Assembly: GCF_001194135.2 (NCBI RefSeq)
Contig: NC_068986.1
Span: 40,499,668 to 40,534,985, forward strand
Origin: Octopus bimaculoides
Taxonomy: Eukaryota
Length of the DNA stretch: 35,318 nt
Reading direction: 5' to 3'
The position numbers and the translations under genes were made by a program. This document shows, one piece after another, positions 1-11,745 of this stretch. The notes beneath the pieces were generated by a model that saw only the letters and a program-made list of their open reading frames with translations, was not told the DNA's origin and searched no databases. How positions within the stretch are numbered: position 1 is the first letter of the stretch; each line of letters starts with the position of its first letter.

Positions 1-539
1 ATTACACAGGTCAATATGGGGACTGGGATAGTGCTCAGTGGGGTTAAGTACTACAAATAAACACAGCTGCATGCTGTTAGAACCATGGATTATTAAATTG
101 ACAGGAGAGGAGCAATGTGTTTGTATGTGTGTGTGTGTGTGTTTGTGGGTAGATGGGGTTGGTGAGCAGGGAGGCGACATCGCGATAGGTAAGTGAAGGA
201 ATTGGGGGTGCAGGTAGGGGTGGAGGTGAGGGTAGAATTCACGGGATGGGGGTGTAGCATGTTGTGGAGAGAGGGGTTGTGGGTTCAGGCTTAGTATAGA
301 TTTCACTGAAGTCACTCTGCGCTACATTGATTCTGACATTGGTTGTATTCCATCAAACGCACACATATCTGGGTACATGTTTGTATGTGTGTGTATATAT
401 ATATACATTATATACAAACACATACCATATGCACAGTGGTACATTTATATGCAAGGTACTCATGTTATTAAACACATGCATACAAACACATTAATTATTA
501 TTCACTCATGTCTTACATTCACGTATTACTCACATATAC

Positions 540-555
540 CACACACACACACACA

Positions 556-600
<45 letters not shown>

Positions 601-862
601 CATCTCTCATTTATCCACATATCACATATATTACTGCTTTCTTATACATACACTATCACACATGCACAGTTTATCCATCCGGCTAGCCAGCCAGTCAGAC
701 CTCTACCCACCTACCTATCATATCCTACACACATGTTTACTTTCTATTTCTCTTCATCTCTCTATCCAACCATCTACATATCCACCTATCTGTCGAACAC
801 AAACACACACACGCTTCAATGCATCAGCATGTTTTACTGTGTCTTTTACTTTATCATACTGA

Positions 863-902
<40 letters not shown>
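540..902. repeat. Compound microsatellite region: (AC)n, (TC)n, degenerate ATCT/ACCT, (TA)n running into a gap
   Basis: Read directly; explains ORFs 377..862, 508..1419, 754..1470 and 819..1460. Confidence 0.95.
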
Positions 903-1379
903 NNNNNNNNNNNNNNNNNNNNNNNNNNNNNNNNNNNNNNNNNNNNNNNNNNNNNNNNNNNNNNNNNNNNNNNNNNNNNNNNNNNNNNNNNNNNNNNNNN
1001 NNNNNNNNNNNNNNNNNNNNNNNNNNNNNNNNNNNNNNNNNNNNNNNNNNNNNNNNNNNNNNNNNNNNNNNNNNNNNNNNNNNNNNNNNNNNNNNNNNNN
1101 NNNNNNNNNNNNNNNNNNNNNNNNNNNNNNNNNNNNNNNNNNNNNNNNNNNNNNNNNNNNNNNNNNNNNNNNNNNNNNNNNNNNNNNNNNNNNNNNNNNN
1201 NNNNNNNNNNNNNNNNNNNNNNNNNNNNNNNNNNNNNNNNNNNNNNNNNNNNNNNNNNNNNNNNNNNNNNNNNNNNNNNNNNNNNNNNNNNNNNNNNNNN
1301 NNNNNNNNNNNNNNNNNNNNNNNNNNNNNNNNNNNNNNNNNNNNNNNNNNNNNNNNNNNNNNNNNNNNNNNNNNNNNNN
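903..1379. other. Assembly gap (477 N) flanked by (TA)n
   Basis: N run. Confidence 1.
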
Positions 1380-1412
<33 letters not shown>

Positions 1413-1760
1413 AATTTAAGGATTGGAGAAAACGCATGTTATAATTGCATAAATTCTTAAATATACTCAAATACCCAAAATTTCAAGGAGTTCCTGCCTT
1501 AAAAACAGGAGCTAACCACAGTTATTTTGTGTTCTTTGCTACATTGGTTTCTATTAACCCATTTATTCTACCAGAAGAATTTTTATTCATTAAGATAGAA
1601 GAAATACACATAATTATATATATAAAGGTTATGAAGGGTATTGGAGTCAACCAAACCCTAAAGATACAGGTAATACCGAGTAAGTGCTGTATACCGACTA
1701 GTCTTGCCCCTGACATGGTTGCAACATGAGTGGGGAATATAACATGTGTCATGTATTAGC

Positions 1761-1791
<31 letters not shown>

Positions 1792-2244
1792 GCAAGGGTG
1801 GCTATAAGCAATATAAAAGCAAAAAAGGAAGAATTCAATTGTCACTAATTATGAGTGACGGTGAAGGGTAGCACCTACATTGCTAGAAATAAGAGGTAAA
1901 ACACCTCTTAGCCACAAAGAAGCACAAGTCTATGTATGTACAGGGGATATATATGTATAGAGGTGAGTTCAATTAGAGGTTGTAAAAACCATCTAAGGGA
2001 TATTTATATCCAATGAATTACTGATGTATTACCTATATATGATCATGAGTATTGGTATTAATGCTTATAACTGATAGGTAAGGAAAAGAAATTATTATTA
2101 TTATTGTAATAATTAAGCCTGCTTATGCCCAAAATAGCGTGAACAGAAACAGTTGTTAGATAAGATATTGTCTTTTTTGGAATCAATAAATAAAAATTGA
2201 TGTTTATCAATTATCAATTTTATCTCTATTTTCTTATTTTCCCT

Positions 2245-2284
<40 letters not shown>

Positions 2285-2984
2285 AATAATAAACGAGTAT
2301 GTGCATATATACGTACATATATGTACATACTTACATCTACCTGTATATATAGATGCATATCTGGGTACAGGACATTGCAAACAAAACGTAGACAAAATGA
2401 TAAACAAGTACAGAAAACACACAGGCCACATAGAGAACATTTCCTTCATCAGCTGCCATATATATATATTATCAAGTTAGCTTCACAGCCGCATGGTTCT
2501 AAGTTCAATCCCAACTCCAGTGTGCCCTTTACTGTAACCAGGTCAACTAATAGTACAAGTTATACATACACACACTTACATATATAAATTATATAGGTAT
2601 GTGTATATATATACACACACTCATAAATACAATTACCCATCTACAGACATGCTTGGATTCTCCCTCTCACAAAACACACATATTATATCTTTGTCTTGCT
2701 CTCTTTCTCTTATAAACAAATGCAGGTGGACTGCACTCCCAAGAAAAAAATTCAAGATAATTTTTCATTGGTCTGCAATTCAAAAAGTGCTGCAAATCGC
2801 AGTTTATCAATGACTGCTTTAAAATATACATAGACTTATCAGAAACAGAGCCACATATATTTTCATGAATTTCTAGAACATTGTGTGTGTGTGTGTGTGT
2901 GTGCACACAGTCATGCATATGTGTGCAAATGTGTATATTTAAAGAAACATAGTACATTCAGAAATTGACAAAATTGTTAGAGCA

Positions 2985-3180
2985 GTGGGCCAAAATGTTT
3001 TGCCGTATTTAGTTAGATTCATTCACTTCCTGAATTAAAATGCTAACAAGGTAAACTTTGCCTTTCTTCCTTACGGGATCACTGGACTACAGCACCAGTC
3101 AATTACTGTGGTTGATTCAATCAGCTATACCCTATCTGCAAAACCTGAAACCTTTGTGCCTATGTCAGAAATCAATATTA
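2985..3180 (+). mobile_element. Degenerate SINE family A copy
   Basis: aaaatgttttgccgtattt...aactttgcctttcttcc...ctttgtgcctatgtcagaa matches the better A copies at 12489 and 13283. Confidence 0.65.
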
Positions 3181-3239
3181 AGACAGGAAGGTAACTTAAG
3201 TGGTCTTCTATTATAGTTCCATTCACATCTGAGATGCAT

Positions 3240-3395
3240 TATAGGAGTATATATCAACTGTAGCACTTGACTTCCGGAATGCTGAAAGCAAAATTACTTT
3301 TGTAGGATTTGAACTCTGAGCATAAAGTACCATAATTATAGACCCCTCAGGCATTTTGTCCGACATTTAACTTGCTCTGCTAATCCACTGCTTAA
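3240..3395 (-). mobile_element. Degenerate SINE family A copy
   Basis: ggatttgaactctgagc is the reverse complement of the B-box segment; tgaaagcaaa is the reverse complement of the core. Confidence 0.6.
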
Positions 3396-3682
3396 GTAAA
3401 TAAGAAAGAATTAAGAATTTCTTTTATATTCCAAACAGATTGAGAATTTCAGGAAAAATTGTAATGATCTGAAAAGTCAAATTTAATCAACTTCAAAGAA
3501 ATCACTACAAGAAAGATAAACATTTGATATTGACATTTTTATATTATTTCAATATTTGTTACTTCAATACTTTACATACTATATTGAAATTGGTGTAGAA
3601 GAAAGATGGGTGGAGGGAGGGAGGGCTGGAATGTTGGAAATGGTATAGGGTGGGATTGAAGCATAGAAAATTAAGAAGTAGA

Positions 3683-3722
<40 letters not shown>

Positions 3723-4059
3723 ATGTGTGTTTGTATCTGTACAAATATGATGAAAAATACTCAATACATATGGCGGTAGGTATAATTTATTCACTCAAAG
3801 CACAGGATTTACTCCATTACTCTACAGAATTTCTTTCATGCAAGAATGAACTTGTGAAAGTGAAAAACTCTGGGTAGTGGAGTAATGATGAGAGGTGAAT
3901 CACCAGCTTTTGTGTGTGTGTGTGTGTGTGCACATGCGCATGCATGTAATATTTTTTATTTTGCTACTCTGAGTTTCATTTGTGATTGAACTAAAATAAA
4001 AATATTATTAATCCCTACTTTGGTATCAACTACTCTTTCTTGCAACAAGTAAATGGATA

Positions 4060-4378
4060 TCAGGTGTGGCTGTGTGGTAATTGGTTTGCTTTCCAACCAC
4101 ATGATTCCAGGTTCAGTCCCACTACATAGTACCTTGGACAAATGTTTTCTCACAAAGCCTTGTGAGTGGATTGGTAGATGGAAATTGAAAGAAGCCTGTC
4201 ATGTGTATGTGTCCTTGTGCCAGTATTTCTCTTTCACCACTGCTTGGCAACTGGTATTGGTGTTTACATCCTTGTAACTCAGCAGTTTGGCAAAAAGAGA
4301 CTAATAGAATAAGTACAAGGTTTAAAAAAAAATTTCCTAGGGTTGATTCATATGACTATAATTCTTCAAGGCAGTGCC
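4060..4378 (+). mobile_element. tRNA-derived SINE family B, near full length
   Basis: A-box-like tggctgtgtgg, B-box-like ggttcagtccc, gccttgtgagtggat...gaaagaagcc body, 3' half aaaagagactaatagaataagtac. Confidence 0.85.
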
Positions 4379-4696
4379 TTTTTTGTGCCACCTGCACTAT
4401 TGTGGTTACTCCACAGCTCGCAGAATTAAGAACTCTGGTGAGATTGGGTATCAGCTTCATGCTAGGGAACACGGGGTTAAACTATAAGAAGAAGGTGAGT
4501 CACAGCAAATTCTTGTAAAGGATACTCTTGTATAAGCCACACCTCTAATTCAGGATTAAATCTTTGTATACAAAATTTTTCCCTATCATAATTTTAGCTT
4601 TGCTCTGTGTATAAATCACACCCCAGCTTTTTGAGTTTAATTCTAGTATAAAATAACATGAAACATACCTGAGTAAATACAGTGTGTGTGTATATA

Positions 4697-5065
4697 TTCT
4701 TGTTTCAGTTGTTTGACTGCAGTCATGTTAGGGGACCACCTTAAAGAGTTTTAGTCGAACAAATCGACTCCAGGACTTATTCTTTGTAAGCCTAATACTT
4801 GTTCTATCAGTCTCTTTTGCCAAACCACTAAATTACAGAGACGTAAACACACCGTCGGTTGTCAAGCAATGGTGTGGGGACAACACAGACTTAAAGACAC
4901 ACACACACATATACAATGGGCTTCTTTCATTTTCCATCTACAAAATCCACTGACAAGGCTTTTGTCAGCCCAAGGCTATAGTAGAAGGCAGTTGCCCAAG
5001 GTGACACACTGCAGGACTGAACCATGTGGTTGGGAAGCAAGCTTCTTACAACACAGCCATACACA
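4697..5065 (-). mobile_element. SINE family B, full length
   Basis: Reverse complement of the 4060 element, including internal (CA)n and head aagcttcttacaacacagcca. Confidence 0.9.
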
Positions 5066-5529
5066 GATACACACATACACATACATATACTTATATACAC
5101 ACAATCATTGTTTTATGTCTGTTTTCTATGCTGGCTGACCAGGGGTTGGATGGATATTGCTACTCTGCTAGTTAGGTCAGAGGGGCACATGTCACTTGTA
5201 AGTTTCACCTTTGGTTTGGTTTCTATGGCTCAGTTGTGTGTGTGTTTTGGTGGTGGTAGCCTTTTAAAAATGGTAGCCTCTGCACTCTGAAAACATTATT
5301 TCAGACAATAATTATTCCTTTACAAACTTCAAGTGTTTGGTATTTCATTTTCAGAACCTATTCCGTGCTAATGATATAATGTAGAAGCAATTGAATATTT
5401 GTTTTAATTAGATCATTAAGCCATTTATATAATTATCTTCACTAGCTTGTTATTGTGTTCATTATGGTTTATTGTTGTCATTAAAATGGTATTTTAATCT
5501 ATTTGAATTCTTTGTAAATTTCTCACTTA

Positions 5530-5775
5530 TTTTTGTTTTTCTATCTATCTTATTTCCTTTCTTCCTTATATTTTCTTTCATTTCAGTTTCCTTCCTTTCT
5601 TGCTTTTTTCCTTCCAATTCTTCTCTTCTTTTTTCCTTCATTTCTTTTCTTTCTTTTCTGCTTCTTTCTACATCATTTATTCAGTTTTCCTTCCTTCCCC
5701 TCCCCCCCTCTCTCTCTCTTCCTCCTTTTATTCTTCTCTACCTATCTCCCTTCCTTCTTTTCTTCCTTCTTTCTC
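5530..5775 (+). repeat. Polypyrimidine (C/T) low-complexity tract
   Basis: Almost only C/T; gives the F/L/S-rich ORFs at 5472-5842. Confidence 0.9.
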
Positions 5776-6024
5776 AATGGCTACGACATATAGATCTTTG
5801 ATCATAAATGTGACAGATCAATATGTGAGTAGGTTAAATTGACATCTAGATTTTAACTTAGTACCTTCAGAAAGTAGAGTCTGGAAGATAAATGTTGTAA
5901 GAGCATTTATTTAATTCCACTAGTTCTACGTAATCATCACAGTCTTTGAGGACCTCACAAAGCCATAGACACTACATATCCTAGTAACTAAACCTTTAAC
6001 ACAAAACTTGTGCTTGTATGTGTG

Positions 6025-6210
6025 TATCATCATCATCATGGTTTAACGTCTGCCTTCCATGCTAGCATGGGTGGGATGGTTTCACAGGAGCTGCCCAGGC
6101 AAAAGCCTGTACCAGACTTCTGTGACTATTTTGGCATGATTTTTACAGCTGAATGCCCTTCCTAACACCAACCACCCAGCAGAGTGTATTTAGTGCTTTT
6201 TATGTGACAC
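6025..6210 (-). mobile_element. SINE family C 3' portion with (GAT)n tail
   Basis: (cat)n-ggtttaacgtctgccttccatgctagcatggg...gaatgcccttcctaac, shared with 24018, 26430 and 35131. Confidence 0.85.
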
Positions 6211-6215
6211 ATACA

Positions 6216-6790
6216 TAAAGGGTGCGATGGGTAAATTGTCGCCATTTTATATTTTTAATGTTGTGCATGCACATTGTTTGTTTTTGATTTTGTCAACTAC
6301 ACAATATAGTAGGGTCAGTTGGGTACCATCTGTGAGAAAAACACCATCACACAATTCACTCTGCCAGAAATTTGGAAACGACATGCTGTATTGATTGGCA
6401 TTTGCGCCAGAGACTCCAATACGAACATTTTAGAGTGTTTGGGTGTCTATCTAAGGACAGTGTAGATGATTCAGAAAGAGTTGGATGAGTCTAATGGTGA
6501 TTACAAAGGTACAGCAGCTCAGAAAACTCACTCTAATCATTCTGATAAGAAAAGAACTCCTGAATTTGTTGGTGAGATCCCGACCATGATTGACAATGAT
6601 CCCTCCAAGTCAATCAGGTCCAAGGCCAAGGACATGAGACTGTCTGAGTTTCTTATCAGGCAGGTAGTACATGAAGACATTCGGTATTCCTCATACCAAA
6701 TGAGAAAGGGTCAATTTTTATCTCAAGCTATCGAGGATAAGAGGAAAGACTGCACTCCAAAGCTTTTGCACAAACTCAAAGCACCTCCTT
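6216..6790 (+). mobile_element. Tc1/mariner (maT/DD37D-like) transposon, left end plus N-terminal DNA-binding region, 3' truncated
   Basis: TA then aagggtgcgatgggtaaattg (TIR-like). Frame from 6346 reads (M>I)TQFTLPEIWKRHAVLIGI...LGVYLRTV*MIQKEL...KRTPEFV...DPSKSIRSKAKDM...IRQVVHEDIRY...KGQFLS...KLLHKLK, two HTH-like blocks. Stop at 6463-6465; no catalytic domain follows. Confidence 0.85.
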
Positions 6791-6968
6791 GGCACAAGGC
6801 AGGAGCGAGGAAATGAATAAAAGATTTAGTAAAAATACCTTTTTGAGGTTAATCCTAGATCATTCGATTTCTGGTTTAGAAATACAATTACTTTACCATC
6901 ATTAATAAAATAAGGACACTGTTTCCCAGTACCTTTAATTATAACTATATATATATATATATATATAT

Positions 6969-7307
6969 NNNNNNNNNNNNNNNNNNNNNNNNNNNNNNNN
7001 NNNNNNNNNNNNNNNNNNNNNNNNNNNNNNNNNNNNNNNNNNNNNNNNNNNNNNNNNNNNNNNNNNNNNNNNNNNNNNNNNNNNNNNNNNNNNNNNNNNN
7101 NNNNNNNNNNNNNNNNNNNNNNNNNNNNNNNNNNNNNNNNNNNNNNNNNNNNNNNNNNNNNNNNNNNNNNNNNNNNNNNNNNNNNNNNNNNNNNNNNNNN
7201 NNNNNNNNNNNNNNNNNNNNNNNNNNNNNNNNNNNNNNNNNNNNNNNNNNNNNNNNNNNNNNNNNNNNNNNNNNNNNNNNNNNNNNNNNNNNNNNNNNNN
7301 NNNNNNN
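6969..7307. other. Assembly gap (339 N) between (TA)n and (TG)n
   Basis: N run. Confidence 1.
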
Positions 7308-7338
<31 letters not shown>

Positions 7339-7457
7339 ACAGAACGTGTATATGCGTGTGTGTGTGTGTGGTTTGGCTGTTTATCTGTTAGTGTGTGTGT
7401 GTGTGTATGTATGTATATATATGTGTGTGTGTATGTATGTATATGTGTGTGTGTGTG

Positions 7458-7506
<49 letters not shown>

Positions 7507-7540
7507 GTGTGTTTGTACATGTATATATATATGCATATAT
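7308..7540. repeat. Compound (TG)n/(TA)n microsatellite
   Basis: Read directly. Confidence 0.95.
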
Positions 7541-7544
7541 CTAT

Positions 7545-7750
7545 GTTAGTATTTACCCTCAACCACCATTGACAACTGGTATTGGTTTGTTTATGTCCCT
7601 GTAGTTTAGTTGTTTGACAATAGAGACCAACAGACTGAGTACCAAACTTGATAAAAGATAAATACTGGTGTCAGTTTGTTCCACTAAACCCTTCGAGGTG
7701 ATGATGCTTCAGCATGGTTGCTGTCCAATGATTAACACAAGTCAAAATAT
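7545..7750 (+). mobile_element. SINE family B 3' half
   Basis: ttgacaactggtattggt...agagaccaacagactgagtacc...gaggtg...cagcatgg. Confidence 0.75.
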
Positions 7751-7764
7751 GAAGAAACTTTGAA

Positions 7765-7925
7765 GTAGTTGCTTAACCTGTTAAAAATAGCAGCCAAATC
7801 TCCTTTAAATCACATCCTACCTTAGATTGAAAGAGGAAGAACATTTTGAATAATGTAATCCTAACTACTTCTAAAAAGACAGAAGGGTCATGGTTGGAAC
7901 ACTGTTGAACATATATTCCTGTTCA
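7765..7925 (+). mobile_element. Interspersed repeat family D (SINE-like, (AAC)n tail)
   Basis: aaatagcagccaaatctcc..aaatcaca.ccta motif; related copies at 16445, 19438, 23262, 26125, 33128, 33735 and 33995. Confidence 0.75.
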
Positions 7926-8032
7926 TAGAAGGTTGTCAATAACCAAAAAAAGAAGAAAAAAAATTAGAATTAGTATAAATAAAACTTTCCATTGGGGCTC
8001 TTTTTTGTTTTTTATGATAAGGTTTTGTTTTG

Positions 8033-8033
<1 letters not shown>

Positions 8034-8085
<52 letters not shown>
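8034..8085 (+). repeat. Poly(T) run, 52 nt
   Basis: Counted directly. Confidence 0.95.
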
Positions 8086-8374
8086 CCCATCTTCAATTAT
8101 TGGAAATCTAAGTCTGATAAAATTTTATGATGGAATGGATGAAAACATCCTTGTTTTCTGATTTGGGTGCCATATTGTTTATGATTTTCCTGGCGTATTT
8201 CTACAAACTATAATCCCTCAATTAGTAACTTGGTACTTGAAGTGATGTCCCAATGTAAAATAAAAGAAACCACAAAAATGTGTGTGGGTGGGAGTAATTA
8301 AAGTCTGCTATAAAAAGGAAACAAGGTCCTGCCCTGGTGTGTGATTTGACCCCTATTTTTAAGTAAATAGGTCA

Positions 8375-8655
8375 TTGCCTTTTGCAATTTTCTTTTTTTT
8401 TTTGTCTTCTTTCTTCTTTCTTTCGGTCTTTTATTCTTCTTTCTCTATCTTTTTCCTTCAATTTCCTTCATTCTTGGATTTTTTCCTTTTGTTCCCTTTT
8501 CCATTTCTCCTCTTTTTCTTTCATCTCACTTCTTTCTCCTTTTCCCCTTTCATCTGCTTCTTCCTCTGTTTGCCCTTCATTTCCTTCCTTCTTCCTTTCT
8601 TTAATTTTTTTCCCCTTTCCTTTCATCACCTTTTTCTTTTTATCTTCTATCTTTT
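8375..8655 (+). repeat. Polypyrimidine low-complexity tract
   Basis: C/T-only tract; source of the F/S/L-rich ORFs at 8375-8680. Confidence 0.9.
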
Positions 8656-8656
8656 T

Positions 8657-9027
8657 CTTGTTTCAGTCATAAAACTTTAGCCATCCTGGGGTACCACCTT
8701 AGGGAATTTTTAGTCAAATGAATCTGACACCAGTACTTTTTTTTAAGCCTGGTACTTATTCTATTAGTCTCTTTTACTGAACCACTAAGTTATAGGGTGA
8801 AAACAAACCAACACGAGTTATCAAGCAGTGGTGGGGGACAAACACAGACCTAAAGACACACACATATATATGATGCGCTTCTTTCAGTTTCCATCTACCA
8901 AATCTACTTATAAGGCTTTTAGTTGGTCCAAGGCTATAATTGAAGACACTTGCCCAAGGTGCCACGCAGTAGTACAGAACCCAGAATCTTGTGGTTGAAA
9001 AGTAAACTTCTTACCATACAGCCATCC
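8657..9027 (-). mobile_element. SINE family B, full length
   Basis: Colinear with the 4697-5065 copy. Confidence 0.9.
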
Positions 9028-10947
9028 CTAATTTTATCCTGTTTTTTCTCCTTTTTCTTTTGTTTTCTTTAATTTTTTTTTTTCACCTTTATCTTTTTCC
9101 ATTTTCCCATGTTAAGAGAGAAATAAAAAATTGCTGGTCTTGTCCCAAAATTTTAAATCATTAAACTATTATAGTAACTTTCTTAAAGGCTTTGTAACGA
9201 GATCCAACATCAAATTTGTTTAATGTGTAAACTGTTAATTTAACTGGACATTTATCGGATAACATTATTGAGTAAACATTGGTTTTGCTTTAATACTTTC
9301 AAAACATGACAAATGTGAGTTAAAAAGTAAAGAGAATTATTACACATGCTGAATATAAGTGATAGCAAAAATGAAATTTATAAACACAAATGTTTGTTTC
9401 TTTGTAAATGTTATGAACAAGCCATGACTTTATGAGATTTTCTCACATTTTGATAACCTGGAATGAGATTGCAGTGACTGCTATAAACTGAACTGACACC
9501 ATATCAACTAAAGCCATTGTTTATCAATTCCTGATTTCACAGTTCTCATTACATTTCCTATGAGAGATAAGGTGGCAGTCTACAATCATTAAGCTAAAAC
9601 AACATTTCTGTGGGGCACACACACACACACACACACACACTATGGAATGTAACATTTAAATTTGCAGGACTTTTCACCTTCAGTAAGCAATTATCCTCTC
9701 TTTTGAATTGGGTTGACACATGGGCTACACAAGGAGCGAAGCTAAACAAGAATGGAAATCTCAAAACTAATTGATTATTCAAGTTTGTGTAAGCATTAAA
9801 GGCATTGATTGACACCCTGAGTTTAAGTTATAAGACTGTTTCAGAGTCTCGAAATTCAAATTGAAATTGATATCGAGCCTGCAGTATTTATTTTTGTCAT
9901 TTGCTAAGTGTCAGTAAAGCAATAAAGAAGTCTAAAACATTTATTTATCAATTATTATTATTATTATTATTATTTTGACAAGTCTGTTAATAAGGTTATC
10001 CTCAAGTGTCAAAACCTCCTTTTTTTTTTTTTTTTTTTTTTTAACTAAGTTTTCAATCTAGACCTTAAAGAACCCCTGTTTCAAGGTTGACACCCCTGCA
10101 ACAAAGCTACAGAGGTATTACGTTTTTGTTTTAAAAACTGAAAGCAATCAGGAGAGAGAGAGAGAGAAAAAAAAATAGAATAAAATAAAATAAAGAAAAA
10201 GAAAAGAAGAGCTTCAGACATCTTGACACCCTAAATAATAGCTTAAAAATTATATACACTTGTAGGTCTCCAAAAACTAGATTTATTGTCAGGTTCTGTT
10301 TCCTTTTCAGGGTAACTACTATCAAAGTGTTTAAAATTTTTGGCAAATGTTTTTAACCATAATTACTGTGGTTATCTGAAAAATGCTGTCAACTTCTTGA
10401 CCTATAAATACAATGTATTTGTTTTTTCCATATACATATCCTGATTTCTTTTTCTTCAACATATAGGCTTCAAAAGTATATTTTTTCACTAAAATCCTAC
10501 CATATTTCTTTCCCCTCTTTGTTTCTCAACTCTAATTGCTGACTGATTGAGTTATATCTTCAAATGTCAAATACGTTTGTTGTTCTTTCTTCTTCGTTTC
10601 TTTTTTGTTTGTTTGTTTGTTTGTTTTTATTCTTTCCTTTATTTAGGTTGAGAATAGGTGTAACAAGTGTTCTTTGTTCTCAGACTTGTTTAGGTTAGGA
10701 ATGAACACTGAGAACAATCTAATCTATTGCATTCTAGGGGATATGGTGTGTGTATGTCATTGCATTTATGTTATATTTTTATATATGTATGTATATGTCA
10801 CGTGTGCATTTGCATATATGTATATATATATGTATGTGTATTTATGTTTGTATGTGTAAGTATATATGTATATATCAAACAAAAATGAGTTAAGAGAAAT
10901 ACCTCATGGTGACCAGTGGCATGTACATCAACCATGTAGACCATATG

Positions 10948-11013
<66 letters not shown>

Positions 11014-11231
11014 GTAGATAAATAGATATGTGTGTGTGTACACACATGCATACATACACACACTTATATAGGTAGNNNNNNNNNNTGTGTGTGTGTACAC
11101 ACATGCATACATACACACACTTATATAGGTAGACCAGCAATGGCTTAACTGGCCAAAACTTTGAAGTCACTATCTACAATATTCTTGTTTAAATGTGTGT
11201 GTGCATGCATGTGTGTGTGTGTGTATGTGTG

Positions 11232-11270
<39 letters not shown>

Positions 11271-11274
11271 ATAT

Positions 11275-11745
11275 ATGGGAGGTTGTATCAAAAGTAGTTC
11301 ACGAGTAAGTGTAACTTTTTCTATTAAATGACCTACATCATTAGCAGGGTAACTCTTCCTCTGCACAAAGGTACAAATTAACATAATCTTCCCTGCAAGT
11401 GATGCATTTGTGCCATCAATTAACCCAATTCTTGAATCCTCTTCTAAAACATTTCAGGTGTGCACTGTTGTACCCACTTGTTCACAACCTCTCTCACCTT
11501 GTCAGTGTGTCATAAAATCATTCCTGAAGACCATCCTTAATTGAACTGAACAGGTGAAAGTCAGAAGCTGCCAGATCCAAACTGTACTAACAAGCATAAT
11601 TTTCTGATTGCCTGATTTGTTGCCAAAAATTTTGGTAGTCATGTATTGTCATGCTAAATGTGAAATGCATTCAATTGCTTGTTCGGTTTCTTCCTTCAAA
11701 TAGCCTCTGCATGCTTTTTGAGTGTCTGTGTAGATTGTCTTTTTC
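11275..11745 (-). mobile_element. Mariner (DD34D-type) transposase C-terminal remnant with 3' TIR
   Basis: Minus strand reads EAI*RKKPNKQLNAFHI*HDNT*...AIRKL, then YSLDLAASDFHLF at 11548-11586. TIR-like ta-tgggaggttgtatcaaaagt at about 11275. Confidence 0.85.

Noticed and set aside
377-1470. Longest ORFs in the track (161-303 aa)
   Set aside because: They run through microsatellites and N gaps; no coding signal.
2726-2833. Acceptor-like tgcag followed by an open frame VDCTPKKKIQDNF...
   Set aside because: No donor, no recognisable domain, and a weak polypyrimidine tract next to the AG.
5472-5842. Hydrophobic F/L/S-rich ORFs resembling membrane proteins (also 8375-8680)
   Set aside because: Translations of polypyrimidine low-complexity DNA, open in several frames.
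11029-11132. Exact 47-nt direct repeat on both sides of a 10-N gap
   Set aside because: Typical unmerged contig overlap; assembly artefact rather than biology.
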